DNA of 64,000 bases from Lingula anatina. Its lineage: Eukaryota > Animalia > Brachiopoda. Below the pieces are notes generated by a model, which was not told the origin of the DNA, searched no databases, and saw nothing but the letters and a program-made list of their open reading frames with translations. The DNA lies in assembly GCA_051362555.1 (NCBI GenBank), contig CM120643.1, positions 13,862,644 to 13,926,643 of the forward strand, read 5' to 3'. Position numbers and translations under genes: made by a program. Shown one piece after another: positions 11,972 to 23,019 of this stretch. How positions within the stretch are numbered: the stretch's first letter is position 1; each line of letters opens with the position of its first letter.

Positions 11972-14175
11972 GCGTGAAGCAGCTACAGTATGTTACGCTC
12001 TATCAGGGCTTCACATGGATTTTTCGTTAGATACTCATAGATAATGTCTCTAAGTAAATATGGTCAATCTTCTAATTTCTCACAGAAACCAAATGACCGT
12101 CCATTTATATCTGTGGACATATCTGTGAATATCTTTTAAAAAATCAATCTGTGGTCCTGGTAGAGGGTACAGTTATGTTACCGCTGTGCTTTGTTCAAAT
12201 AAAGATTAAAGCAATGACTCGTACCAAATAAGTTCAGAATCCAACCCCTTTTTAGTTGCTTTTATACAAGCATTCAGTTTGCAGTGGGAAAATGTGCACA
12301 GAACTGACAATACAACAAACAGCCATAGTTCAGAATAAAGCTTAAAGAACAAAGTTTTTTCTATAAACCTATATTATTAGTTTGTCTTATCAATGAAACA
12401 AAGGCTCTCCCTCACTCTCTCTGTCTCTCTCATACAACCGTTTACAATAAAATAAAATGAGAGAGAGGATGGGAGAGTTTGTTTCTGATAAACATTAACA
12501 AAATGAAAATATAACAACCATGGAATTAATAATAACACTGAAATCATAATGATATACACCTTAAACCAACATTGTTGACATCGTCCCATATTTCTGGCTC
12601 TTGCTCCCAAAAAGGTTGGTTTATATTGCCAAGAACTCTCTAAAATAAAGAAGAATGCGTTAAATGACATCCGTAATTCTATTCCCCATCACTTTATCTC
12701 ACGTATTACAATATTACATATATTTTACCAAGGATGGGATGACTCACATTTATAGAGTCTTTGAATATTTTATTTATTTATTTATTTATATTTTGTACAG
12801 TTGAGGATTAAGAAATTACGGGATATCCATTTTGTTGGAAAAATGACAATTCAGGGGGATTAGTGGAGGGATTTTCCTCCCATTCTAGTTTATTCCCTTC
12901 CCAGAATTCCAATTTGAAAGCCCTCCTTACCTCTACTGCAGAGTAGGCATTATTGACCAGTATGTCCAGTCTGCCATGTTGTTCAGCCTTCACCCTGTCA
13001 AACAGCGCCTTGATTTCTTCATCCTTACTGTGATCACACTGAACAGGTATGCCTCTGCCGCCTCTACTCTCGATCTAGAATTGATGAAATGAGGGCTGTA
13101 ATGTGCACTGACATGTAGATTGCCGCACTTTCTATTTCCACCAGTCATGTATACGTGTACAAGAACCAACCTGAGTCTCACACGTGCACTAGTAAAATCA
13201 GCATGCCTCTGTCGTTTGCAGTGCCAGATTTCAGTATCCTCCTCCAGGTTCAGGTAGTCACGTTTTTTAAAATCTATCTTTTATTTAGTAATGTCAATTC
13301 AAGTAAACCTTATTTTTCATTGGTTTATATTTAAACAATATTGCAAGTGCTATATTGAGCTTTTGAAACGATTTTAACAAAACATTTCGAGGCAATAAAC
13401 ACGCTGTCTGTCAGTAGATGGTTACTGTGACTTCAATTTTATATTATATATTACATTTAGATTTCACTACATATAATACACTCTGATGATGTTGCGTCCT
13501 CCCTCCTAGTTGTTTTACGAGGGTTTTAGATTCATGGATTAAGCTGACAGTGAAGCAATACTCATTTAAGGCGTACTCATTTAAGATGTGTTAGGTGCGG
13601 AAAGAATCTAGCTTTACCTCTTCTGCGGTGCCCTCCAAAGATAGCTTGGAATTTCCTTTCGATTTCAAAGTCCTGCCTAATATAAGTTTGATATCTAGTT
13701 AGCCATTGATTTTATAGACGTGATGAATCAACAAGAAATTGGATGAAAACAACCAGCTTGTTTCATGAAGAAAATTAAATTCTGGTATTGACGTCATGTG
13801 AATTTATGATTAAATACATTATGTTGAAATTGATATAATTCATCAGCAAGAAAATTCATGAGTTAGCACATTTTAACTTATTGTGGCATCTACTATATGA
13901 GCTAAACATTAAGTAGAAGATAAAAAAATAACGTATAAATGGAAATGCTAACAGTTAACGCATGTTAGTGTTTGCGTATGCTGTAAAACCACTATCTACA
14001 ATTTAAAATTAATGCCTCTCCATGAGAGATAAAATTGTTGAAAAAATTAAAAATGACCAGTAATGTAAACAGTGGCTCCTGCTTCTCCTAGCTGTAGAGC
14101 TATTCCTCTACCGATGCCTCTGGTCGCCCCTGTTACTACGGCGACTTGCCCTGCAAGAGGTGTCAAATTGTCCAT
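10014..14175 (-). CDS. DHRS1: Dehydrogenase/reductase SDR family member 1-like, paralog A (324 aa)
   Basis: Exons 14058-14175, 13618-13676, 12931-13074, 12560-12639, 11780-11912, 11167-11322, 10784-10853, 10385-10465 (GC donor), 10014-10147. Motifs TGATRGIG, LVNNAY, PFWE, NVGLRNHY, NISS, YGVGK; ends AYKF. Confidence 0.93.
10991..11155. mobile_element. MITE family 1, copy 2 (intron of DHRS1-A)
   Basis: CAGGCCCATGGCCA...GGCTATGGGCCTG; body homologous to 1779-1961 and 23832-23997. Confidence 0.8.
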
Positions 14176-14306
14176 CTCTTAGCACTGTAAAGAATAACAT
14201 ATATTTTAGAGCACATATTTGAAAACACTCCACGATAATCTGAAATCTGGGTCCATAACCTCATTACAGCTTTGACACGCTTAATGACATTCTAATGTGA
14301 AGGACA

Positions 14307-14367
14307 CAGTTTATGAGACAACTAATTACTATCCAGGCTGGATAGTAATTAGTTGTCTCATAAACTG
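14307..14367. repeat. Perfect 61-nt palindrome (30-bp arms, 1-nt spacer)
   Basis: CAGTTTATGAGACAACTAATTACTATCCAG-G-CTGGATAGTAATTAGTTGTCTCATAAACTG. Confidence 0.95.
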
Positions 14368-14558
14368 AACCGGTGCGTACTTAGGCAGGGTCTTACGTTT
14401 AATAGTCAGCAAAACGGAGCACAGACAATGTGAACTAACTCTAAAATTAAAACTAAACAGCAGGAACCGCACTTGTTAAAGGGAGTAAAAACTCTTGTAG
14501 CGTAGTGACTTGTTAGGACCTCTCGATGTATACAGGTGTGACAGGAATGGTAGTCCTA

Positions 14559-14783
14559 GGGTGCTTTCCCAGTGATTTAAATCGATCTAAAGATTAAGAT
14601 TTAGATCGACCTAACTCCCAGGGGGTTCACGCTAAATTGCAGTCAGCCGAGCGGGCACCATAGTTAATTAACCCCTTACAGCTTTTAGTAGGCGGGACAG
14701 ACGCTTAAGCCGGCCAAGCTGACAGTAATCTAGTGAGACTCCCCACAGGGATAGATCGATCTAAAATCTATGGAAATGGGGTG
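14559..14783. mobile_element. Fold-back MITE family 2 (PIF/Harbinger-like), copy 1
   Basis: Near-identical to 25536-25760; CTA on both flanks; nested within a second inverted-repeat pair GGAATGGTAGTCC (~14544)/GGACTACCATTCC (~14917-14929). Confidence 0.7.
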
Positions 14784-17700
14784 CTAGTAATGGAAATCCG
14801 CGGTCCCACACTATAAGTAGGCCCTACAGGTTAGGGTTAGTCGTAGTATAGGGGTTAGTATATGGGACGAATATCACCTGTACAAAGCAATGAGAAACGG
14901 ACTACGGTTCCTAGTGGACTACCATTCCCGTACAGACTAGGTCCTATCCCGCTCGATGTAAAATGGGCTTAGTACATAAAAACATTTTCCACCGCAGGTT
15001 TTAATAAACTTTGATAATCTGAATGTATTACGGATTGTAAAACCACTAGTTCATTTTGTTGTTCAGGTACAAAATGATCGTGTGCGAAATGTTTTTTTAT
15101 GGGAGGGGGGTGGCGGAGGGGGAGGGGGGAGGGGGTAACGATTCTCCCAACAAGAATCCATATCTATATACATTATCATGCAAGGTGGGGAGTAACCAGT
15201 TTATAAAAATCTAATGGTAAACCATACATTTGGAAAATTAATAAAGTAGCATCCATGGTTTATGTATTAATATCAATTAAAACTATAAAAGCTTTGTAAA
15301 AAGGGATTTTAACATCATTTGATTCGTACTTTGGGTAGGAGAGAAGGGGCGGAGGAGAGTCCCACCCGTTAGAATCGCCTGCATACATAACAGTTACGTT
15401 TAGTTAGCCTATACTCGACCAGCTGCTCTTTGACCCATCTGCATAAAATCTGATAACCAATTATCCCTGAAAATAACCCTACCAGGCCTACATTTTAATG
15501 TTAAAACATGCATCTTTACTACAAGCTCGTTATTTCAAATCACTGAACTTTTTGAGCAAAAATCTAGCCTTTGACTTTGACTATACTCACCTGATCACCG
15601 GTTGGTGCTGCCTCAGTGCATCAATAGCCCACAGTAGGTTCCACCTGATAAGGTCCAATTGCATAATATTTAAGGGACGTAACCTACAATCTTTGTTGTT
15701 TCACTGCTTAATGTTTTGTTCTTCAATAACCCGTCTCAGGAGCATTTTATAATCTTCTGGGGAACCTAATTTACTTCCTTTGCTTATAAGTGCGACATTA
15801 GGCTCGACTTAAATACTATTAAAGGGAATGTATTATGTACCGGTATATAGCTTCTTATTTGACTTAGACCAGGTTTATACAGTGTGCTTTAAAATATATG
15901 TTATAGGTTATTTTTTATAGTTTGGATTTCCGATAAGAATCTCGTCAGAAAAATACTGTAAAATCGACAATGAGACGACCAAAGATTCGGAATTTTTGAT
16001 TTTCGTTCCAAAGTCCCGCGGACGCTCTCTTTATCAGGCAGTGTTTCGATGTTTACTCATGGAGGTCGGTCATTAAATTATGAAATCTAGGCTAGGTGGC
16101 ATTCACAGCTGATACAACGTAGTGGATTTAGACCTATCAAAGTTCTTCGGTAGAGCGATAAGGGTTCCAGAACGTTTGTCTCACGTGTATTCATACCAAG
16201 ACACGTGAGTCGCAATGGAAAATCAAAGTCAATACTAAAATTTCGACGTGGCCCGTACATTACATTGGGTGGGTGGATGGATTGTGGGGCGGTGGGAGGG
16301 GGGGGGGGGGAGGGGGGGGGGTCCGAACTCTTGGCTGTATACGTAATAACTTAACAATTATCTATAGTTCCATTAAATTTGACTTGATGCTACTTTCTGG
16401 TATGCGCCTCTGCCACCTGTAATTGTTGACTCTACGTCTTTTGTAACGATTAGGCTAGGTGATGATCAATTCAACTATCATAAGGCAAACGCAATGAAGC
16501 CCTATAACGTTCAAGTAATATACATGATCGCTGCTTAGTCTTTTTCTGCTCTATTATCATTATTATTATTTATATAAAAACGATTAGAAATAATTAGTCC
16601 CTGTCCACAAGGTCGTGGCTTTTTGCACATTTTGGGGTGGGGAGGGGTGGATGCTTTTCTCGTCATGCGAGGATGTGGCTTAGATATAATATATGAACAT
16701 GAGTTCTATGTTTTTCAGTGCGTCACGAACAGCACGCTTCAATGGTGCATGCTGAAAACTTCTTCGTGTGAAAACGCACTACTATGGCAAAGAAATGATC
16801 AAGCAGAACTGAAGACAGATGCGATAGATGTGCTGAGATATGTTTGGTTGCGGTAGATAAACCTGAAAATAAAATAGAAGAAAAAAGTAGGTGACTTATT
16901 TATTTGCAAAAATATGCTGATTGGAATGTTTTTTTTTTTTTTTTTTTTTGTTTCCAACATCTAGAAAATATAAGTCGAAACAGTTGAATAATTTCCAAAA
17001 CATATGTAATTAGGAATATAAGCTCTAAACGGAAATAGCGTTTACAAAGATTTCCTCGCAAAGGCCTTCTTTTTTTAATAGTTAATTTAGAAAATGCGAC
17101 TGCATTTTGAAAAGATGCAGCCACATATGTGAAAATTGACACTGAAATTGAAGTCAGGAATAGATTATGAAAAACAAAATAAAAATCTGTGTTAACAACC
17201 CGTCAACAAATTGGGTATGAGCAAATATTGACCTTATATCTACCCATTCCATTAATCAGGACAAAAGCTTTTCTGTTTCTTTAACCAAATGCAATTTTGG
17301 ATTTCACTATATGCTCTTTGGTTTTCTTTTAAGATTGTAATTTTAAGATTATAACTGATTATAATTGAGTAACGACTTTTCTGCGAGACGACACGTTCCT
17401 ACCCTCTAACCACAGGGTCCGCTAGTACATGTAGGCTGATACCAAAGTATTGCATCTTAGGCTATATACTACAATACTTTAATTTTGTATACTATTTTAG
17501 AGGCCCCTAATATCATAAGGTAACACGTGCCCATAAATGTCATAGCCAGCTTTCCAATTTGTTTTCACGGCAACCCACATGTAACTCTATTACAGCCATG
17601 CAAAACTCTATCAGTGTTCTGTTGTCACATGCAACCCGCAGCCTTTGCCCGCACATAACCTGCGACATATGGATAAAGACCCGTTCAACAGGAGTGAACA

Positions 17701-17893
17701 TTATAGACAGGTTCTTTTCAGTTTGGACGTCCAAGATATGAGCCAAGGGACAGCAAGGATTTAGGTGTTCTTCGGACATGTATACTGAAGTGCTGCATGT
17801 TGCGGTTGGGTTCCTCGTTTTTTCTGTACACAAGGCAGCAGGTGAAGGTTCGAAAACTGACAAGCTTCTCATTTATATTTTATTGATGCTATT

Positions 17894-18147
17894 CGGGGGC
17901 AGATCCAGGATTATTTGAAGGGGGGGGCGACTCTCCCCACACCCCCTCGGCGTGGGGTTCGGAGCCTGCTTATGGTCCCCAAAAATTGGTATTTTAGAGG
18001 GCGAACGGTGCCATTTGGTACGGTTTAGAACTATGATACAGCTAGTCAAAATTATAATTTCAGGAGGGGACCATTGGTGTGATTTTTTTTTCAGAAATCG
18101 AAGGGGGATCAGGACCCCCCCTGACCCGCCCTCTAAATCGTCCACTG
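17894..18147. mobile_element. hAT-like MITE with 5-bp target duplication
   Basis: CGGGGGCAGATCCAGG...AAATCGTCCACTG flanked by CTATT on both sides. Confidence 0.65.
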
Positions 18148-18598
18148 CTATTTCATAACTAACATCATCATCATTATCATCATCGTCATGCTGAGCCTAA
18201 AGTGTTCCACTGTTCATCTGTATACTTCACATCATGACCTGAGCGCAGTCGTGACACATGTTGTATATATAATTAGTAAGTGATAGGATTTCGAGTGCTT
18301 GTCGATACATTAATATAAGGGCTTGCGATTTTGATGTGCAGACCAAATTTTGGCTTCAGCGGTCGTAGATTACAAGGGCTTATGGAGCATATGGCGTTTT
18401 CTCTCACGTTTTCATTTCAATTTCTCTATTTTCATCTCATTTTATGCAGTTATTTATCAACTCACTACTTCCTTTATGAAGGAGGTCTCTTTTGCTCACC
18501 TTTTTGAACCAGAAACGAATGCTGCGCACACAGTCAGTGCCAGCATTCTGAATGACTTTGGCGAATATTGCAGAATGTAATTAGATATCCATTTCTAG

Positions 18599-19247
18599 AA
18601 TATATTGATGAGAAGACGGCGATATATACCGGGAATTGCCCTGTGAAAGGTCCCCCTTATCATATACCAGACACGCCGGTGGCAAACGCTGTCATTCAGG
18701 TAAAATTTCAAAGATGCTCCAGATGCGTAATCATTGCAGTAAACTCAGTTTTCTTTTATGAATTTTCGACTGAAGCATAGGCGTCTTATTAGAGGGAAAC
18801 GCATTTTGTATTTACTGTTCGAAATAGCTCGGTTATACCAGAAATCAGTTTATGTAAGCTGCTATTAAATTAGAGGGTAGGAGTCGTGAGCCATTTTATG
18901 ATCTGCCTTTTTCAAATGTGACTAGAATTTATGCAATACCATTTCCTTAAATGCAAGCATATACAACATAACTTTTGAAACTGTATCTTTAGGTTCCGTT
19001 CGCTGCTTCAGATCCAGAAAGAGCAGATAAGACCGTGCCTCCTTTTTTCAAGATTACCACGTCAAGGATCCCCGACGCAGGTCTGGGTGTGTTCGTTCTC
19101 AGTTCTCTCCCCAGTGGAGTAAGCATTGGTCCATACGAGGGAGAGATTGTACATATTGCAGATGAAGAGGATGTGTTGGACCAAGGATATGGTTGGTTGG
19201 TTGGTACATACATGATTGGTATTGATCGATTTCCCGGCTCCTTTTTG

Positions 19248-19289
<42 letters not shown>

Positions 19290-19907
19290 ATTCCAACTCT
19301 TTTTCTGTATCAGGACATGAATATACTTCACTTCAGAGGCAAAGGCAAGAATTTTAATTTGTATTTAAAGGGATAATAACTCTTTATTTCGGCCAAAAAA
19401 TGAATTTTCCTGGAGTAAACAACGATTTTCCCATACTTACCAATGGTAAATGACTCCATTTTTACATTCAAAGTTAGTCCCTGGTTTTTTTTCTAAAAAG
19501 TTTGTTTTTTGTTAAAATCTCTTAAGAGATTTTAACAGAGTATAGCCATCAGTGGAGGTCACGTGGTCTAAAGACAAGCTCAGATATCAGAATAATAGCT
19601 ATAACTGCCGTTTTTGTGGTAAAACAGAATATATTATATTTCTATGAGTTATTCACAATGTTTTTATTGTGAAATATAGATCTCATACGAAGAGTTATTA
19701 TCCCTTTAAGGTCTAGGTGTGTTCGTTTTCAACCCTCTGCCCAGTGGGGTAAGTTTTGGTCCATACGAGGGAGAGATTGCATTTACTACAGACGAAGAGG
19801 ATGTGTTGGACCAGGGAATTATATCCGATATAATTCCCTGGTTGGACCAAGGATATGGTTGGTTGGTTCATAAATGATTGGTAATGATTTCCCCGTTCTT
19901 TTTGTTC

Positions 19908-19938
<31 letters not shown>

Positions 19939-20215
19939 CAACTCTTTCTTTATCGGGACATGAACGTACTTCACTTCAGCGGCAAAGACAAGAATTTCAA
20001 TTTTTACGAAAGTAATCGTAAATTTCTTCCATATTCAAATGACTCTTTTAAAAATTCCAGCTTACGACACTTGTAGCCAAAACGCTTTGTCGGCTCAAAT
20101 TCTTGAAACGGGCGCTACTTCCTACATCTGTCAATTCCCAGTATACAACAAGAGGCTAGAGCACAAATTTTATATTAGTGACTATTTAATAGAAAACGCA
20201 GTAGACAGGGTAAAG

Positions 20216-20260
<45 letters not shown>

Positions 20261-21012
20261 AGGGGTGGTGGTGGTGGCTACAATTAAGTGTCCGCCGTAC
20301 TGGAAAGTGATGATCGATATCAAGAACTACAAGCCCTCAGTTGCTTCTGTATAAATATACATGTTTACAGGCAGGGTATGAAGGTATTGCGGAAGCATGC
20401 AATAGCGTAAATTATATCGCATAATTGCCAGATGCACGACTTAAAAAGTAATAAATTTAATCTATATGAATAATATAATAATAATGACAGCATATAATGG
20501 AAGTATGTGGCAACTTATGTACAGCGCGGTATCAATTTATATAATCATATGCGTATTAGTATAATTCATTGAACAACGAGGGCCAAGGTATAAATGGGGC
20601 TGTACTATATAAATGTATGTGCAAGGTGAATTAAAAAAAAAAAAACCGCATTAGTTCATAAAAGCTCAACTGACAAGTGCCCCCCTCCCCCCATTTTTAA
20701 TTCTAACGTTTTATAATGATCATTGATTGATTATTGTAGATTTTAAATGGTGACACCCCCAGCCATTACGTCGATGCCCAGGATCCCTCCAGATCTAACT
20801 GGTTGCGTTATATCAACTGCGCCCGTACGCCAAGCGAGCAAAACATGGAAGCTTTCGTGTATTTTGGCCAGATATATTACGAAGCTATCAAGCCATTAAA
20901 TGTGGGGGATGAACTACTGGTATACTATGGGGACGAATACGCATCGTCGTTGGGCATAAACGTAACGCAATGGGACGAGATATTTAGTGAATGGCAGTGG
21001 TACTGGCCTTAA
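18599..21012 (+). CDS. PRDM7/PRDM9-like PR/SET-domain protein without C2H2 array; 5' exon(s) unresolved
   Basis: Exons 18599-18699 (or ending 18678), 18993-19199, 20740-21012. Motifs CPVKGPPYHIPDTP, SRIPDAGLGVF, GPYEGE, YVDA...SNWLRYINCAR...EQN, QIYY, ELLVYYGDEY. Stop TAA followed by AATAAA at ~21056. Confidence 0.8.
19369..19705. mobile_element. Non-autonomous TTAA-specific element (Kolobok-like)
   Basis: TTAA-AGGGATAATAACTCTT...AAGAGTTATTATCCCT-TTAA: 16-bp perfect TIR with purine-purine termini. Confidence 0.7.
19711..20005 (+). other. Tandem duplicate of the 3' half of the PR/SET exon plus adjacent intron
   Basis: Copy of ~19081-19365 including the (GA)n microsatellite; 19711-19865 reads GLGVFVFNPLPSGVSFGPYEGEIAFTTDEEDVLDQGIISDIIPWLDQGYGWL without stops. 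Confidence 0.85.
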
Positions 21013-22336
21013 TAACCATATATTCAATGCACTGGGAACATCTTACACGCCGAGAAATAAAATTTCAATTTTTGAAACATAAGTTGGCTTATCGTTCTAG
21101 GCTTATGACTTTCACTTCTTTTGTTTAGCTGACCAGGAAATCTAAATGGTAATCCGAATGACTGATAAGTACCTAAAAAGTATGGCGTGACCAAGGTTTT
21201 ATGATAATAAGTTAAGCATCAACAAGTAGTGTTTTTGGGGATTACAAAAAACATACAGTAATTGATGGAATGTTTTATTTGCCAAGGGATTAAATTTCTC
21301 TTCAGTGATTAAACAGTTCAATAAATCAGAAAATACCTTTCACGACAGAAAAATGTTTAAAAAGCTGCTGGCGCAGACTTTTCTTACTTCAGAATCAATA
21401 ACCTTATCTGATTGTGTGAAACTTGCTGTTAATAATCATTTTAAAGTGTGTAACTTTGACTATTGCTATTCTAATTCTGATATCGAAGTATAGAAAAAAA
21501 ATTAATGTAACAGCTAAAAAAATATAAAATGTATAAAAATAGAAAAGTATGACAGAGCCTGGAAGTCTACAAGATATACGTGCACACACATACATAAAAA
21601 TTGGTTCCTATACTTTAAAACATTACACAGGTGACAAATACCTCTAATAACTGCTTAATTAAAGAATGTTTCCTACAAAATATCAAATATACCTGTATGT
21701 TAAAGTTTACTTTACTTTTGACTGGTACACACCTTGAGGACAAGTGATAGATCTGGCATTTGATTCATTCTTTTTCTTTTTCCCTTTTATTTTTTGAAAA
21801 CGTGTTCATGTTTTGGTTCATATACCCTGGTAAGTTGTTTTAAACTAAGATAAATGTGGAATTAAAGTTGATATTTATACTGCATATTACATTTTAAAAC
21901 AGACGTCACAACAATGCACATGACACCAGTGACTACCCAACATCAGTTCACCAAGAGAAGGTGGAGTTGTCACCCCTATAAAAAATGCTAGGACAAGTAG
22001 AGTATTGGAGTTATTTTGAATTTCTCCAAGCATGCTGATACTTATGGTTAAGAAAAAGAAAAAAGGGATTTGTATCACAGTTAGAAAAAATTGTGGAAAT
22101 GTTCTGTTACGTTGAAAACATCATACATCTCTTTGGACCCAACAGGCCTTTTAAAGCAAGATGATTTCATTTCGTTTACTGAAGAGCTCGCTCTGCAGCA
22201 TTCTTTTGTTTACTCGAGAACAAGCTCTTCAGTAAACAAAAGAAGTCAACATCTAGTCATCTATGCTAGCTGCAAAAGGCCTATTCAGATATACTGGCCA
22301 TAAGTTCCTTGGCTTGTATAATACAGGTGACTTTCA

Positions 22337-22482
22337 CAGGTGGATTAAGACCGTCTTCTGGGTCTTCCGGAAACTGGTCAGATTTTCAAGTTTACATTGA
22401 CGGTATCTAATTTTTTCTGTCTGAAGACGGTCAATAAAGATAATTTGGAAGCCTGTCAGAAAATATCTCTGGATCTGCCCCC
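22337..22482. mobile_element. Dispersed repeat / MITE, second copy inverted at ~54309-54478
   Basis: Shared segments GACCGTCTTCTGGGTC, TTCCGGAA and CTGTCAGAAAATATCTCTGG occur in reverse complement near 54320-54470. Confidence 0.55.
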
Positions 22483-23019
22483 GACTTTCTCCCATACAAC
22501 ATCATGATACAAACTAGTATTATAACAGAGCCTGGGTACCAGACAGGCATAAATGCCCAGTGAGACAATAACAGCCCTTACAGTGAAAATTAAAGTACTA
22601 GTAGCTTCGGGTACTTAACTACATAATCACATATGCATATACATTATTCACAGCTTTAAAAATTTTTAAAGATATAAAATATATGGCAGCATACCCAGTC
22701 TACATAAGGAGTGAGCTGTGTATCTAAAATAACTGCAAGAGAATTCACTGCATTCAGCCTCATTATATATGTGACAGAGTACTCTGTGGATCCAGCCTAA
22801 ATGTGTGACATAGCACCTTATTGAGCCAGTAAAAATATATAACAGAAAATCCATCTAGTCTAAATATATAAACAGCCTCCCCTGTGGATCTTGTCTAAAT
22901 ATATGACAGAATACCCCGAGGATCTTGGCTAAATATCATGCCATACAGTACCCTGTGGACGCTGTCAAAACATGTGGTATGTGTATGTTGATCTAGGCTC
23001 CTGTCTTCAGTTTGGTTAT

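Noticed and set aside
14829-14860. Telomere-like TTAGGG
   Set aside because: Only about two units; chance level.
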